From an uncultured delta proteobacterium (GTDB lineage Bacteria; Myxococcota; Myxococcia; Myxococcales; Anaeromyxobacteraceae): 64,000 nucleotides of DNA. The translations under genes and the position numbers were made by a program. The stretch's first letter is position 1; every line of letters starts with the position of its first letter. Under the pieces are notes generated by a model. The model was not told the origin of the DNA and did no database searches. It was given only the letters and a program-made list of their open reading frames with translations. The stretch is taken from contig CAVTRR010000005.1 of assembly GCA_963737085.1 (NCBI GenBank), positions 173,409-237,408 on the forward strand, read 5' to 3'. Positions 39,301 to 51,254 of this stretch are shown piece after piece.

Positions 39301-40391
39301 GGCTCCTCCTCCGCCGGCAGCGCCGGCTCGCCCCGCGGCGCGTAGAGCGAGCGGGCGCGGAACAGCGGATCCTGGAACGGCGCGCCGTTGGCGTCGTGCT
39401 CGCGGTGGTAGCGCACGAGCCGCTCGACCTCCGCGCGCGAGCCGAGCACGACCGGCACGCGCTGGTGGAGGTCCGCCGGCTCGACGTCGAGGATGCGCTC
39501 GCGCCCCGTGGTGGCCGCGCCGCCCGCCTGCTCGACGAGGAACGCCATCGGGCTCGCCTCGTAGAGCAGGCGCAGCCGCCCGGCGCGCGCGGGCCGCTTC
39601 GCGTCCCGCGGGTACATGAACACGCCGCCGCGCACCAGGATGCGGTGCACCTCGGCCACGAGCGAGGCGATCCACCGCATGTTGAAGTCGGCGCCGCGCG
39701 GGCCCGCGCGCCCCGCGAGGCACTCGTTGACGTAGCGCCGGACCGGCGGCTCCCAGAACCGCGCGTTCGAGGCGTTCACCGCGAACTCGCTGGCCTCGGC
39801 GGGGATGCGCAGGTCGGGGTGCGTGAGGAGGAAGTCGCCGCCGCGCGGGTCGAGGGTGAAGCCGTGGACGCCCCGCCCCACGGAGAGGACGACCATGGTG
39901 GCCGGGCCGTAGAGCGCGTAGCCCGCGCAGACCTGCTCGCGCCCGGGCCGGAGGAACTCCCCCGCGGCGGGGGGCGCGGCCGCGCCTTCGTCGCGGCGCA
40001 GGATCGAGAAGATGGAGCCGACCGTGACGTTCACGTCGACGTTGGAGGAGCCGTCGAGGGGATCGAAGGCGACGAGGTGGCGCGCCCCGTCCGCGCAGGG
40101 GAGCGGGCGCGGCCCGGGCTCCTCCTCCGAGACGAGCCCGGCGGCGCCGGCGCGCTCGCAGGCCCGGGAGAGGATCTCGTTCGCGACGAGGTCGAGCTTC
40201 TTGTGCCGCTCGCCGTGGGAGTTCGAGGTGGCCGCCTCGCCGAGCCGCCCGCGCAGGGCGGCCTCCGCGACGGCGCCGGCGATCGCCCCGAAGGCGGGGA
40301 CGAGGTCGGCGAGCAGCGCGGCGAGGCCGCGCTCGAGGCCGGGGGTGCGCCGCGCCTCCTGCGCGAGGAAGCCCTCCAGGGTGGGGGTCAC
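39291..40391 (-). CDS. cbbF: Class 1 fructose-1,6-bisphosphatase (probably FBPase/SBPase)
   Basis: [56 protein letters not shown]. Confidence 0.93.
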   Translation of the reverse strand: MTPTLEGFLAQEARRTPGLERGLAALLADLVPAFGAIAGAVAEAALRGRLGEAATSNSHGERHKKLDLVANEILSRACERAGAAGLVSEEEPGPRPLPCADGARHLVAFDPLDGSSNVDVNVTVGSIFSILRRDEGAAAPPAAGEFLRPGREQVCAGYALYGPATMVVLSVGRGVHGFTLDPRGGDFLLTHPDLRIPAEASEFAVNASNARFWEPPVRRYVNECLAGRAGPRGADFNMRWIASLVAEVHRILVRGGVFMYPRDAKRPARAGRLRLLYEASPMAFLVEQAGGAATTGRERILDVEPADLHQRVPVVLGSRAEVERLVRYHREHDANGAPFQDPLFRARSLYAPRGEPALPAEEEPCR

Positions 40392-41275
40392 GGCCGCACC
40401 TCCTCGCGCGCGAACACGCGGCTCTTGCGGAAGTCCTCCGCCTCGAGCGTCACGAGCCGGTCGCGCGAGAGCGGCTCCGCGCGCGCGTCGAACAGCCGGC
40501 TCGCCTGCCGCAGCCGGGCGCGGTCGAGGGCGTTGCGCACCGAGCGCGCGTTCGCGAAGCGGGGCTGCGCCATGCGGCGCGCCAGGTACTCGTCGAGCGC
40601 CGCGCGGGCGGGGCCGTCCAGCCGGTAGTGCAGCGCCTCGAGCATCCGGCCGGCGATGGCGAGCAGCTCGGCGTGCGTGTAGTCGGGGAACTCGACGTGG
40701 TGGGAGACGCGCGAGGACATCCCCGGGTTGCACTGGAAGAAGCGCTCCATCCGGTCGCGGTAGCCGGCGAGGATCACGACGACGTCGTCGCGCTGCGCCT
40801 CCATGGCCTGGAGCAGGATCTCGATGGACTCCTGGCCGTAGTCGCGGTCGTTCTCGGGACGGTAGAGGTGATAGGCCTCGTCGATGAAGAGGACGCCGCC
40901 CGTCGCCCGCTTGATGGCCTCCTTCGTCTTCGGCGCGGTGTGCCCCACGTACTGGCCGACGAGGTCGTCGCGCGTCACCGCCACGACGTGCCCCTTCCGC
41001 ACGTAGCCGAGGCGGTGGAGGATCTCCGCCATCCGGAACGCCACGGTGGTCTTGCCGGTGCCGGGGTTGCCGGTGAAGGACATGTGCAGGCCCGGGGTCC
41101 CGGCCTGGATGCCGAGCTGCCGGCGCGCCCGCTCGACGAGCAGGAGCGCGGCGATCTCGCGGATGCGGGTCTTCACCGGCGCGAGGCCGACGAGGTCCCG
41201 CTCGAGCCGCTCGAGCACCTCGCCCACGGTGGACTGGGCGTAGAGCGCCTCGAGGCTGACGCGCTCGGCGGCCAC
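40388..41275 (-). CDS. cbbX: CbbX red-type RuBisCO activase (AAA+)
   Basis: [68 protein letters not shown]. Confidence 0.95.
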   Translation of the reverse strand: MAAERVSLEALYAQSTVGEVLERLERDLVGLAPVKTRIREIAALLLVERARRQLGIQAGTPGLHMSFTGNPGTGKTTVAFRMAEILHRLGYVRKGHVVAVTRDDLVGQYVGHTAPKTKEAIKRATGGVLFIDEAYHLYRPENDRDYGQESIEILLQAMEAQRDDVVVILAGYRDRMERFFQCNPGMSSRVSHHVEFPDYTHAELLAIAGRMLEALHYRLDGPARAALDEYLARRMAQPRFANARSVRNALDRARLRQASRLFDARAEPLSRDRLVTLEAEDFRKSRVFAREEVRP

Positions 41276-41277
41276 GG

Positions 41278-41676
41278 CTAGGCGCCCCCGGCGCGGCGGC
41301 GGAGCTCGTAGCGGACGGTGCGCCCGGTCCCCTCGCGGCGCGAGAGCTCGAAGGCGGCCTCCCGCGGCGGCCGGCCGACGAGGAAGGAGAGCCGCACGGT
41401 CTCCCAGCCGCCGGTCGAGTCGAAGGCGTTCACCTTCACGTAGTCCCCGGGGAACGCGGCGCGGCAGGCGCGCACCTCGTGCAGGACCGCGGCGGCGTCG
41501 CGCAGGTCGAACATCGGCGCGCCCCACATCTCCCAGAAGACGTCGCGCGGGTGCGGGTCGGCGGTGTGCTCCACGGAGACCGCCCACCCGCGGGCGAGGG
41601 CGTGGTCGACCTGCGCGGCGATCTGCGGGTCGGTGAGGTCGGGGAGGAACGAGAACGTGCCCTGTGTGACGCGCAT
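41278..41676 (-). CDS. cbbS: RuBisCO small subunit, red type
   Basis: [25 protein letters not shown]-x-PMFD, red-type C-terminal extension. Confidence 0.95.
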   Translation of the reverse strand: MRVTQGTFSFLPDLTDPQIAAQVDHALARGWAVSVEHTADPHPRDVFWEMWGAPMFDLRDAAAVLHEVRACRAAFPGDYVKVNAFDSTGGWETVRLSFLVGRPPREAAFELSRREGTGRTVRYELRRRAGGA

Positions 41677-41688
41677 GGCGGCTCCCTC

Positions 41689-43227
<1,539 letters not shown>

Positions 43228-43257
43228 TCAGGCAATTCATATGTTCTGACCGATGAG

Positions 43258-43272
43258 ATAAGGTGAGCTTAT
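43258..43272. promoter_or_regulatory. LysR (CbbR) recognition site
   Basis: Perfect ATAAG-N5-CTTAT palindrome with a T-N11-A core, overlapping the cbbR ATG in the divergent cbbL/cbbR spacer. Confidence 0.7.
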
Positions 43273-44197
43273 GTCAGGCCTGAGGGACGTCACGCTGCGC
43301 CAGCTCCGGATCTTCGAGAGCGCCTCCCGCACGCAGTCCTTCTCGCGCACCTCGGAGGCGGTGCACCTCACGCAGCCGGCGGTGTCGATGCAGATGAAGC
43401 AGCTCGAGGACCTCGCCGGGCTGCCGCTCTTCGAGCGGATCGGGCGCCGCCTCCACCTCACGCAGGCCGGGGAGGAGCTGGCCCGCCACGCCCGGGAGGT
43501 GCTCCGCGCCGTGGAGCAGGCCGACGAGGCGCTCGCCGCGCTGCGCGGCCTGCAGGGCGGCCGCATCCGGGTGGCGGTGACGAGCACGGCGAAGTACTTC
43601 GCGCCGAAGCTCATCGCCCTCTTCGCGAAGCGTCACCCCGAGGTGGTCGTGCGCCTCTCGGTGGCGAACCGCGAGGTCGTCATCGGGGCGCTCGCCGCGA
43701 ACGAGGTGGACCTCGCCATCATGGGGAAGCCGCCCGACGCCCTCGAGACGGTCGCCTCGGAGTTCGCCGAGCACCCCTTCGTGGTCGTGGCGGCGCCCGA
43801 CCATCCGCTCGCGCGCCGGCGCTCCGTCCCGCTCTCGGCGTTCGGCGGCGAGACGTTCCTCGTGCGCGAGCCGGGGTCCGGCACGCGGGGGGCGATGGAG
43901 CGGTTCTTCGCCGGGCACGGGATCGAGGTGCGCGTCGGGATGACCCTCGAGAGCAACGAGACGATCAAGCAGGCGGTGATGGCGGGGATGGGGCTCTCCT
44001 TCATCTCCCGCCACACCGTCGGGCTGGAGCTCTCCGTGGGCGAGCTCGCCGTCGTGCACGCGCCCGGGCTGCCCGTGGTGCGCGCCTGGAACGTCGTCCG
44101 CCTCGCCGCGAAGCGGCCCTCGCCGGCGGCGCACGCGTTCGAGGCGTTCGTGCTCGAGGAGGGGAAGGCGTTCCTGAGGAACTGGCCGCGCCGCTGA
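43271..44197 (+). CDS. cbbR: LysR-type regulator CbbR
   Basis: [60 protein letters not shown]; divergent from cbbL. Confidence 0.93.
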   Translation: MSGLRDVTLRQLRIFESASRTQSFSRTSEAVHLTQPAVSMQMKQLEDLAGLPLFERIGRRLHLTQAGEELARHAREVLRAVEQADEALAALRGLQGGRIRVAVTSTAKYFAPKLIALFAKRHPEVVVRLSVANREVVIGALAANEVDLAIMGKPPDALETVASEFAEHPFVVVAAPDHPLARRRSVPLSAFGGETFLVREPGSGTRGAMERFFAGHGIEVRVGMTLESNETIKQAVMAGMGLSFISRHTVGLELSVGELAVVHAPGLPVVRAWNVVRLAAKRPSPAAHAFEAFVLEEGKAFLRNWPRR

Positions 44198-44225
44198 GGG
44201 CCAGGCGATCTCGAAGGGGGCGGTG

Positions 44226-44239
44226 TTGACGCCGCGCAA
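44226..44239. promoter_or_regulatory. Fnr/Crp-like box upstream of the DsrP/NrfD-like gene
   Basis: TTGAC-GCCG-CGCAA, with the same variant right half-site as the nar box. Confidence 0.45.
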
Positions 44240-44312
44240 GGCGGGCGCTCGCCCCGCGCCCAAGGTCGGATCTCCGCCCCGGATCGTCACGGAGCGAAGG
44301 GAGGTCCGGGCC

Positions 44313-45556
44313 GTGGAGCCGAGCCGCTTCGCCAGGGAGTGCCTGCGCCTCGTGCTGAGCGGCGGCCGCGCCTACCGCGCCTGGGTGGCCTCCCTCCTCT
44401 GCGCCGTGGCGGTGGGGATGGCGGCCTGGGTCCACCAGGCGCGGACCGGCCTCATCGCCACGTCCATGCGCGACGAGGTCTCCTGGGGCTTCTACGTGGG
44501 CAACTTCACGTTCCTCGTCGGCGTCGCGGCCGCGGCGGTGATGCTCGTCATCCCCGCCTACGTCTACCACTGGAAGCCGATCAAGGAGGTGGTGGTCCTC
44601 GGCGAGCTCCTCGCCATCTCCGCGATCGTGATGTGCCTCCTCTTCATCGTCGCCGACATGGGCCGGCCGGACCGCTTCCTCCACCTCGTCCCGCTGCTCG
44701 GCACGCCCAACTGGCCGCGGTCGCTGCTCACCTGGGACGCGCTCGTCCTGAACCTCTATCTCGCGCTCAACGCGGGCGTGGTGCTGCACGTGCTCCACCG
44801 CGCGTTCCACGGCCGCGAGCCCGACCGGCGCTTCTTCGTGCCGCTCGTGCTCCTCTCCATCCCCCTCGCCATCGGCATCCACACCGTCACCGCGTTCCTG
44901 TTCAGCGGGATGGTGGCGCGGCCGTACTGGAACGCCTCGATCCTCGCCCCGCGCTTCCTCGCCTCGGCGTTCGCCTCCGGCCCCGCCGTCATGATCGTGC
45001 TGTTCCAGATCCTGCGCCGGACCATCGCCTTCCCGATCCGGGACGAGGCGCTCTGGAAGATCGCCGAGCTGATGGCGTACGCGATGGCCGTGAACCTGTT
45101 CCTCCTCGGCGCCGAGCTCTTCAAGGAGACCTACTCCGCCACCGAGCACCTGCGCTTCACCGAGCACGTCTGGACCGGGCTCGGCCCCCACCGCGCCCTC
45201 GTGCCGTTCGCCTGGACCGGGCTCGGCGTGCAGCCTCAGTCGCGTTCCTCCTGCTCCTCGTGCCGCGCACGCGCCGCCGCTTCGCCACCCTGAACGTCGG
45301 GTGCGTGCTCGTGTGGATCGGGGTCTACCTCGAGAAGGGCTTCCTGCTCGTGATCGGCGGGCTGACCCCGGACGCCCTCGGCGTGATCCACGACTACCGC
45401 CCGAGCGCGACCGAGCTCGGCGTGGCGGCCGGCGTCTTCGGGGCGGGGTTCCTCGTCTTCACGGCGCTCGTGAAGATCGCGGTCCCCATCCTCTACGGAA
45501 CGTTCCGCGCGGAGACGGTGACGCCCGCCGCCCTCACGCGGAGTGTGGTCGGGTAG
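44313..45556 (+). pseudogene. DsrP/NrfD (polysulfide reductase) family membrane protein with a frameshift near 45225-45240
   Basis: Frame 3: SWGFYVGNFTFLVG, DMGRPDR, SLLTWD, IHTVTAFL, APRFLASAF. The C-terminal TMs continue in frame 2 (VAFLLLLVP...LEKG...YRPS) to TAG 45556. May be an assembly error. Confidence 0.7.
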
Positions 45557-45648
45557 GCGCCGACCTGCCACCCCGCGGCGGCCGCCGCGTCGAGGGACGC
45601 CTTGTCCCCGCCGGGCCTCACCGGGCATCATACCCCGGGGAGGAAGCG

Positions 45649-47715
45649 GTGGCGTTCGATCGCGCGACAAGGTGGGCGCTCATGGCCTTCGCGCTCGCGG
45701 GGGCGCTGGGGGCATTCTTCGTGACCGGCGCGGCGAGGCTCGAGCGGCTCGAGCGGCGCGGCCGCGCGGAGCACGCCGCGCGGCGCGCCGGCTCCGCGCT
45801 CGAGTCGAGCCTCGAGCGGTCGCTCTCGGCGGCCTGGGCCCTCGCCGCCGCCGTGCGCCGCGGGGACCTCGACGACTTCGACCGGCTCGCGGCGGAGATG
45901 ATCTCGATCTACGGGGGCATCCGCGGCCTTCAGCTCGCGCCGCACGGCGTGGTGCGGCGCATCCACCCGCTCGCCGGGAACGAGGCCGCCATCGGGCACG
46001 ACCTCTTCGCCGACCCGGCCCGACGGGAGGAGGCGGAGGCCACCCGCGCCTCGCGCAGGCTGACGCTCTCCGGCCCTCTCGCGCTCCTGCAGGGCGGCGT
46101 GGGGCTGGTGGGGCGCTACCCGGTCTTCATCCCCCGTCCCGAGGGCGGCGAGGAGTTCTGGGGCTTCACGGTCGTCCTCCTCTCCCTCGACGCCGTGCTC
46201 GCGGAGAGCGCGCTGCCGGAGCTCGCGCGGGAGGGATACGCCTTCGCGCTCTCCGCGGCGGACGCGGCGGGCGTCGGCGCCGCCGTCGCGAGCGGCGGCG
46301 CGCTCGCCGCCGATCCGGTGCGCATCGCGGTGAGGCTCCCGAACCGCGAGTGGACGCTCGCCGTCGCGCCCGTCGCCGGCTGGCGCGATCCCGCGCGCGA
46401 GGCGATCCGGTACCTCGTCGCGGCGCTCCTCGCCGCTGCGTGCGCCGCCGTCACGTACGCGCTCGCGCGGCGGCCGCAGCGGCTGCAAGCGCTCGTCGCC
46501 GAGCGCACCGCCGCGCTGGAGCGCGCCTACGCGCAGCTCGAGATCGACGCAGCCGAGCGGTCGCGGGCGGAGGAGCAGCTTCGCCAGACGCAGAAGATGG
46601 AGGCCATCGGGCAGCTCGCGGGCGGGGTCGCCCACGACTTCAACAACCTCCTCACCGGGATCCTCGCGTGCGCCGCCGAGCTCCGGGAGGAGGCGCCGCG
46701 CGGGAGCCCCGCGGAGGAGGCGGCGCGCACGATCGAGCAGGCGGCGCGCCGGGCCGCCGAGCTGACGCGGCAGCTCCTCGGCTTCGCGCGGCGGGGAAAG
46801 CTCTGCAGCGCGCCGGTGGACGTCCACGCCGTCGCCCTCGAGGTGACGCGGCTCCTCGGGCGGACCGTCGACTCGCGCATCTCGATCCAGACGAGGCTCG
46901 ACGCGCCGCGCGCGACCGTGCTCGGCGACTCCGGCCAGATCCAGCAGGCCATCCTGAACCTCGCCGTGAACGCCCGCGACGCGATGCCCCGCGGCGGAGT
47001 CCTGACCCTCGCGACGGCGCTCGTGGAGAAGGCCGCCGCCGATCTCGGCGCGCACCCCGGGGCGCGCGCCGGTCCCCACGTGGCGCTGTCGGTCTCCGAC
47101 ACCGGGAAGGGCATCCCCGGCGAGCTCATGGACCGGGTCTTCGAGCCGTTCTTCACGACCAAGGAGCCCGGGCGCGGGACCGGGCTCGGCCTCGCCACCG
47201 TCTACGGCATCGCCGTGAACCACGGCGGCTTGGTCGAGGTCGTGAACGAGCCCGAGGGCGGCGCACGGTTCACGCTCTCCCTTCCGCTCCACGAAGGCCT
47301 CGTCGCCGCGGAGGGGACGGCGGCCCCGGTGGTCCTGGCCTGGGGTGGCCGCGTGCTGGTCGTGGACGACGAGGCGGTCGTGCGCGCGGGGACGGAGCGC
47401 GCCCTCGTGCGGCTCGGCTGCGAGGTCGCCGTGTGCGACGGGGGCGAGGCCGCGGTGCGCCACCTCGAGGCGAACCGGGTCGATCTCGCCATCGTGGACC
47501 TCGGCATGCCCGGCCTCGACGGGATCCAGACCTTCCGCGCCCTGCGCGCCGTCGATCCGGGGCTCCCCGTGGTGATCGCGTCGGGGTACGGCCGCGACGG
47601 CCGCGCGCAGGAGGCGCTCGACGCGGGCGCCCTCGCGTTCCTGCAGAAGCCGTGGACGCTCGAGCAGCTCGCCGGCGCGGTGACGGTCGCCCTCGCGGCG
47701 CGCCGCGCTGCGTGA
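45649..47715 (+). CDS. Hybrid sensor histidine kinase (TM-CHASE-TM-HisKA-HATPase-REC)
   Basis: CHASE-like LQLAPHGVV, TLSGPLALLQGG; H-box GGVAHDFNNLL; NLAVNARDAM, DTGKGI, FFTTK, GTGLGL; receiver VDDE...DLGMP...KP. Confidence 0.9.
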   Translation: MAFDRATRWALMAFALAGALGAFFVTGAARLERLERRGRAEHAARRAGSALESSLERSLSAAWALAAAVRRGDLDDFDRLAAEMISIYGGIRGLQLAPHGVVRRIHPLAGNEAAIGHDLFADPARREEAEATRASRRLTLSGPLALLQGGVGLVGRYPVFIPRPEGGEEFWGFTVVLLSLDAVLAESALPELAREGYAFALSAADAAGVGAAVASGGALAADPVRIAVRLPNREWTLAVAPVAGWRDPAREAIRYLVAALLAAACAAVTYALARRPQRLQALVAERTAALERAYAQLEIDAAERSRAEEQLRQTQKMEAIGQLAGGVAHDFNNLLTGILACAAELREEAPRGSPAEEAARTIEQAARRAAELTRQLLGFARRGKLCSAPVDVHAVALEVTRLLGRTVDSRISIQTRLDAPRATVLGDSGQIQQAILNLAVNARDAMPRGGVLTLATALVEKAAADLGAHPGARAGPHVALSVSDTGKGIPGELMDRVFEPFFTTKEPGRGTGLGLATVYGIAVNHGGLVEVVNEPEGGARFTLSLPLHEGLVAAEGTAAPVVLAWGGRVLVVDDEAVVRAGTERALVRLGCEVAVCDGGEAAVRHLEANRVDLAIVDLGMPGLDGIQTFRALRAVDPGLPVVIASGYGRDGRAQEALDAGALAFLQKPWTLEQLAGAVTVALAARRAA

Positions 47716-47780
47716 GCGCGCGGGCGCGGCGCCGCCCGGCGGCGCATCTTGTGGGCGGCACCGCGCGAAGGAGGCCGCCC

Positions 47781-48779
47781 GTGACCCGTCGAGAGTTCCT
47801 CCACCTGGCGCTCGGCGCGACGCTCGTCCCGGCGAGCGGATGCGGCGGCGGCGCGGGGATGGCCGCGGGGGCGGCGCCCGGGGGCGTCGCCCGCCGGCGG
47901 CTCGGCCGCACGGGCGCCCAGGTGTCCCTCGTCGGGCTGGGCGGGTGGCACATGGGGATCCAGCGCGAGGAGCGCGAGAGCGTCGACCTCGTCCGCGCCG
48001 CGGTCGACGGCGGGATCGCCTTCCTCGACAACTGCTGGGACTACAACGACGGGGAGAGCGAGCGCCGGATGGGCAAGGCGCTGCGCGACGGCTACCGCGA
48101 CCGGGTGTTCCTCATGTCCAAGCTCGACGGGCGCACGCGGGAGAAGGCCGCGCGACAGATCGACGAGTCGCTCGCGCGGCTCGGGACCGACCGCATCGAT
48201 CTCATGCAGATCCACGAGGTGATCCGCGAGAGCGATCCCGGCCGCTGCTTCGCCGAGGGCGGCGCGGTCGAGGCGCTCGTCGAGGCGAGGCGAGCGGGGA
48301 AGATCCGCTTCATCGGCTTCACCGGCCACAAGTCGCCGCGCTGGCACCTCGCCATGCTCGCCGAGGCGGACCGGCACGGCTTCGCCTTCGACACGGTGCA
48401 GATGCCGCTCAACGTCCTCGACGCGCACTACGACAGCTTCGAGCGGAGCGTGCTCCCCGTCCTCCTCGAGCGGGACATCGGCGTCATCGGCATGAAGCCG
48501 ATGGCCGACGGCCGCATCGTCCAGGCGGGCATCGCCACGCCGGAGGAGTGCCTCCGCTACGCGCTCGGCCTCCCCACGAGCGTCGTGGTCACCGGCTGCG
48601 ACGGGATGGACCGCGTCGAGCAGGCGCTCCGCGTCGCCCGCGGGTTCGAGCCCCTCTCGAGAGAGGACGCCGCCGCGCTCCTCGCGCGGACCTCCGCCGC
48701 CGGCCACGACGGCGGGGCCGAGCTCTACAAGACGACGGAGCGGTACGACGGGACGACGCAGAACCCCTCCTGGCTCTGA
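47781..48779 (+). CDS. Aldo/keto reductase with a twin-arginine signal
   Basis: TRREFL Tat motif; LGRTG-x-x-VS-x-x-GLGG, DNCWDY, FLMSK, DLMQIHE, GKIRFIGFTGH, GVIGMKP. Confidence 0.88.
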   Translation: MTRREFLHLALGATLVPASGCGGGAGMAAGAAPGGVARRRLGRTGAQVSLVGLGGWHMGIQREERESVDLVRAAVDGGIAFLDNCWDYNDGESERRMGKALRDGYRDRVFLMSKLDGRTREKAARQIDESLARLGTDRIDLMQIHEVIRESDPGRCFAEGGAVEALVEARRAGKIRFIGFTGHKSPRWHLAMLAEADRHGFAFDTVQMPLNVLDAHYDSFERSVLPVLLERDIGVIGMKPMADGRIVQAGIATPEECLRYALGLPTSVVVTGCDGMDRVEQALRVARGFEPLSREDAAALLARTSAAGHDGGAELYKTTERYDGTTQNPSWL

Positions 48780-48915
48780 GGGCCGCGCGGAGCGCGCCCG
48801 CCCGCCTCTTCGCCCGGCGGACGCCCGCCCGGCCTTCACCCCGCGCGAGGGACGCGCTCGGCGGGACGCATGTGCACCTTGCTGTCGCGGGCGGGACGCC
48901 CGACGAGGAGGGTAC

Positions 48916-49452
48916 ATGCGGAAGCTTTGGATGGCCGGCGTGATGGCGGCGGCGGCGCTCTTCGCGCAGACCGCGCGGGCGGCGGACGACGCGAAGCAGG
49001 AGCGGCGAGAGGCGTACGACGCGACGCGCACCGAGATGAAGCAGGAGGGGCGCGAGGCGAAGGGCGAGGTGCAGCAGCAGGCCAACGAGGGGCAACGCGA
49101 GCTGCAGAAGACGGAGCGCGAGGCGCAGCACGACATGGCGGAGCGGAAGAACGACGCCCGCACGGCCGCCGCGAAGGGCGACAAGAAGCACCCGCTCTTC
49201 GAGGGCAAGAACAACTTCGACGTCGAGGGCAGGATCCAGAAGGTCTCGATGAACAGCATCACGGTCGCCCGCGACGACATGCCGGCGGCGACGCTCAACG
49301 TCTCGAAGGACACCAAGATCGAGCTCGACGGCGAGCAGGTCTCGATGAAGCAGCTGAAGCAGGGGCAGGAGGTGAAGGCCTCCTTCAACCTCAAGGGCGA
49401 GAAGCCCGAGGCGGTCGAGATCAAGGCGGAGAAGCTGAACAGCCAGAAGTAG
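48916..49452 (+). CDS. Secreted hypothetical protein (charged helical N-part, small beta-barrel C-part)
   Basis: GAGGAGG SD, Sec signal ending ARA, E/K/Q-rich helix, C-terminal VEGRI...ITV...TKI...LKQGQEVKASF. Confidence 0.8.
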   Translation: MRKLWMAGVMAAAALFAQTARAADDAKQERREAYDATRTEMKQEGREAKGEVQQQANEGQRELQKTEREAQHDMAERKNDARTAAAKGDKKHPLFEGKNNFDVEGRIQKVSMNSITVARDDMPAATLNVSKDTKIELDGEQVSMKQLKQGQEVKASFNLKGEKPEAVEIKAEKLNSQK

Positions 49453-49471
49453 CAGGGGGAGTGGGGGGACG

Positions 49472-49502
49472 CGCCGGCCGCGGGGGCTTCCCGCGGCCGG
49501 CG
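49472..49502. terminator. Perfect 13-bp hairpin between convergent genes
   Basis: CGCCGGCCGCGGG-GGCTT-CCCGCGGCCGGCG between the 49452 stop and the pntB stop. Confidence 0.55.
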
Positions 49503-49543
49503 TGCCGTTCCCGGCCGACGGCCGCGCGCCGCCGCCCCCGCGG

Positions 49544-50932
49544 CTACGCCTGCTTGACCTCGTGCACGAGCGCCGCGAGCGACTGCTTCGCGTCGCCGAA
49601 GAGCATCGCGGTGTTCGGGCGGTAGAAGAGCTCGTTCTCGATGCCGGCGAAGCCCGGGCTCATCGAGCGCTTCAGCACGATCACCTGCTTCGCCTGGTCC
49701 GCGTTCAGGATGGGCATGCCGTAGATGGGCGACGCCGGATCGGTGCGGGCGGCCGGGTTCACGACGTCGTTCGCGCCGACGACCAGCGCCACGTCGGCGT
49801 TCTTGAACTCGTCGTTCACCTCGTCCATCTCCTTCAGCCGGTCGTACGGGATGTCCGCCTCGGCGAGCAGCACGTTCATGTGCCCGGGCATCCGCCCCGC
49901 CACGGGGTGGATGGCGTAGAGCACGGTGCCGCCGTTCCGCTCGACGAGCTGGGCCAGCTCGCGCACCTGGTGCTGCGCCTGGGCGACCGCCATGCCGTAG
50001 CCCGGCACCACGATGACGAGCCGCGCCCAGGCGAGCTGGATGGCGGCGTCCTGGGGGGTGATGGCGCGGACGGTGAGCCCCGAGGCGCTCCTCGCCGACG
50101 CCGCCGGCGCCGCCCCGAAGGCGCCGAAGAGCACGTTGTGGAAGGAGCGGTTCATCGCCCGGCTCATGACGATCGAGAGGATGAAGCCCGACGCGCCGTC
50201 GAGCGCGCCGGCGATGATGAGGACGTCGTTGCCGATGGCGAACCCGGTCGCCGCGGAGGCCAGCCCCGCGTACGAGTTGAGGAGCGAGATGACGACCGGC
50301 ATGTCCGCGCCGCCGATGGGGAGGACGAGCGACACCCCGAAGGCGAGGGCGAGGCCCACCATGGCGTAGAAGGCCGCGGGGTGCGCGGGCTCGACCACGA
50401 GCCAGGCGAAGAGCGCCGCCGCCGCGCCGAAGATCCCGAGGGAGACGAGGTTCTGGCCGCGGAAGGTCACCGGCCGCGAGGGGAGCAGCTCCTGCAGCTT
50501 CCCGAAGGCCATGAAGGAGCCGGTGATGGTGAGCGCCCCGAAGAGCACCTCGAACCCGAGCGCCGCCATCTCGCCGCGCGGGACCCGTGCGCCGTCCCCG
50601 AGGGTCCGGTACTCCGCCACGCCGACGAGGGTCGCCGCGATCGCCCCGAACATGTGCGAGATGGCGATGCGCTGGGGCATCGCCGTCATGGGCACGTACA
50701 CGCCGAGCGGGTAGCCGATCGCCGCCCCGAGGGCGAGGCCCGCCAGGATCCAGTCGTAGCGGACGATCTCGTGGTGGACGAGCGTGCCCACGATGGCGAC
50801 GAGCATGCCGAGGGCGGCGAGCTGCATGCCGCGGCGCGCGCGGTCCGGGACGGTGAGGCTCCGCAGCCCCAGGATGAAGAGCACGGAGGCCGCGAGGTAG
50901 GCCGCCTCGATGAAGACGACGCGCGGGCTCAT
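49544..50932 (-). CDS. pntB: NAD(P) transhydrogenase beta subunit
   Basis: MTAMPQ, IGGADMPVVISLLNSYAG, VPGYGMAVAQAQH, AIHPVAGRMPGHMNVLLAEA, GANDVVNPAA. Confidence 0.95.
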   Translation of the reverse strand: MSPRVVFIEAAYLAASVLFILGLRSLTVPDRARRGMQLAALGMLVAIVGTLVHHEIVRYDWILAGLALGAAIGYPLGVYVPMTAMPQRIAISHMFGAIAATLVGVAEYRTLGDGARVPRGEMAALGFEVLFGALTITGSFMAFGKLQELLPSRPVTFRGQNLVSLGIFGAAAALFAWLVVEPAHPAAFYAMVGLALAFGVSLVLPIGGADMPVVISLLNSYAGLASAATGFAIGNDVLIIAGALDGASGFILSIVMSRAMNRSFHNVLFGAFGAAPAASARSASGLTVRAITPQDAAIQLAWARLVIVVPGYGMAVAQAQHQVRELAQLVERNGGTVLYAIHPVAGRMPGHMNVLLAEADIPYDRLKEMDEVNDEFKNADVALVVGANDVVNPAARTDPASPIYGMPILNADQAKQVIVLKRSMSPGFAGIENELFYRPNTAMLFGDAKQSLAALVHEVKQA

Positions 50933-50945
50933 GGCGCCCCCCGCG

Positions 50946-51254
50946 TCACTTCCCGTCGCCCCGCGGCCGCCCGCCGCGCCTGAACATCTTCAGCATGCGG
51001 TCGGTGATGATGAAGCCGCCCACCACGTTGATCGTCGCCGAGGTGACCGCCACGAAGCCGAGGACGGTCGGGAGGAGCCCGCGGTCGGCCCCCGCGAGCA
51101 CGAGGGAGCCGACGAGGGAGATCGCGCTGATGGCGTTCGTCGCCGACATGAGCGGAGTGTGCAGGAGCGCGGGGACCCGGGTGATCGTGAAGAGGCCCAC
51201 GAACGCCGCGAGCACGAACACGTAGAGCTGGAGGAGCATGAGCGAGTCGGTCAC
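50946..51254 (-). CDS. pntA: NAD(P) transhydrogenase alpha subunit part 2 (membrane)
   Basis: VPALLHTPLMSATNAIS, INVVGGFIITDRMLKMF. Confidence 0.92.
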   Translation of the reverse strand: MTDSLMLLQLYVFVLAAFVGLFTITRVPALLHTPLMSATNAISAISLVGSLVLAGADRGLLPTVLGFVAVTSATINVVGGFIITDRMLKMFRRGGRPRGDGK

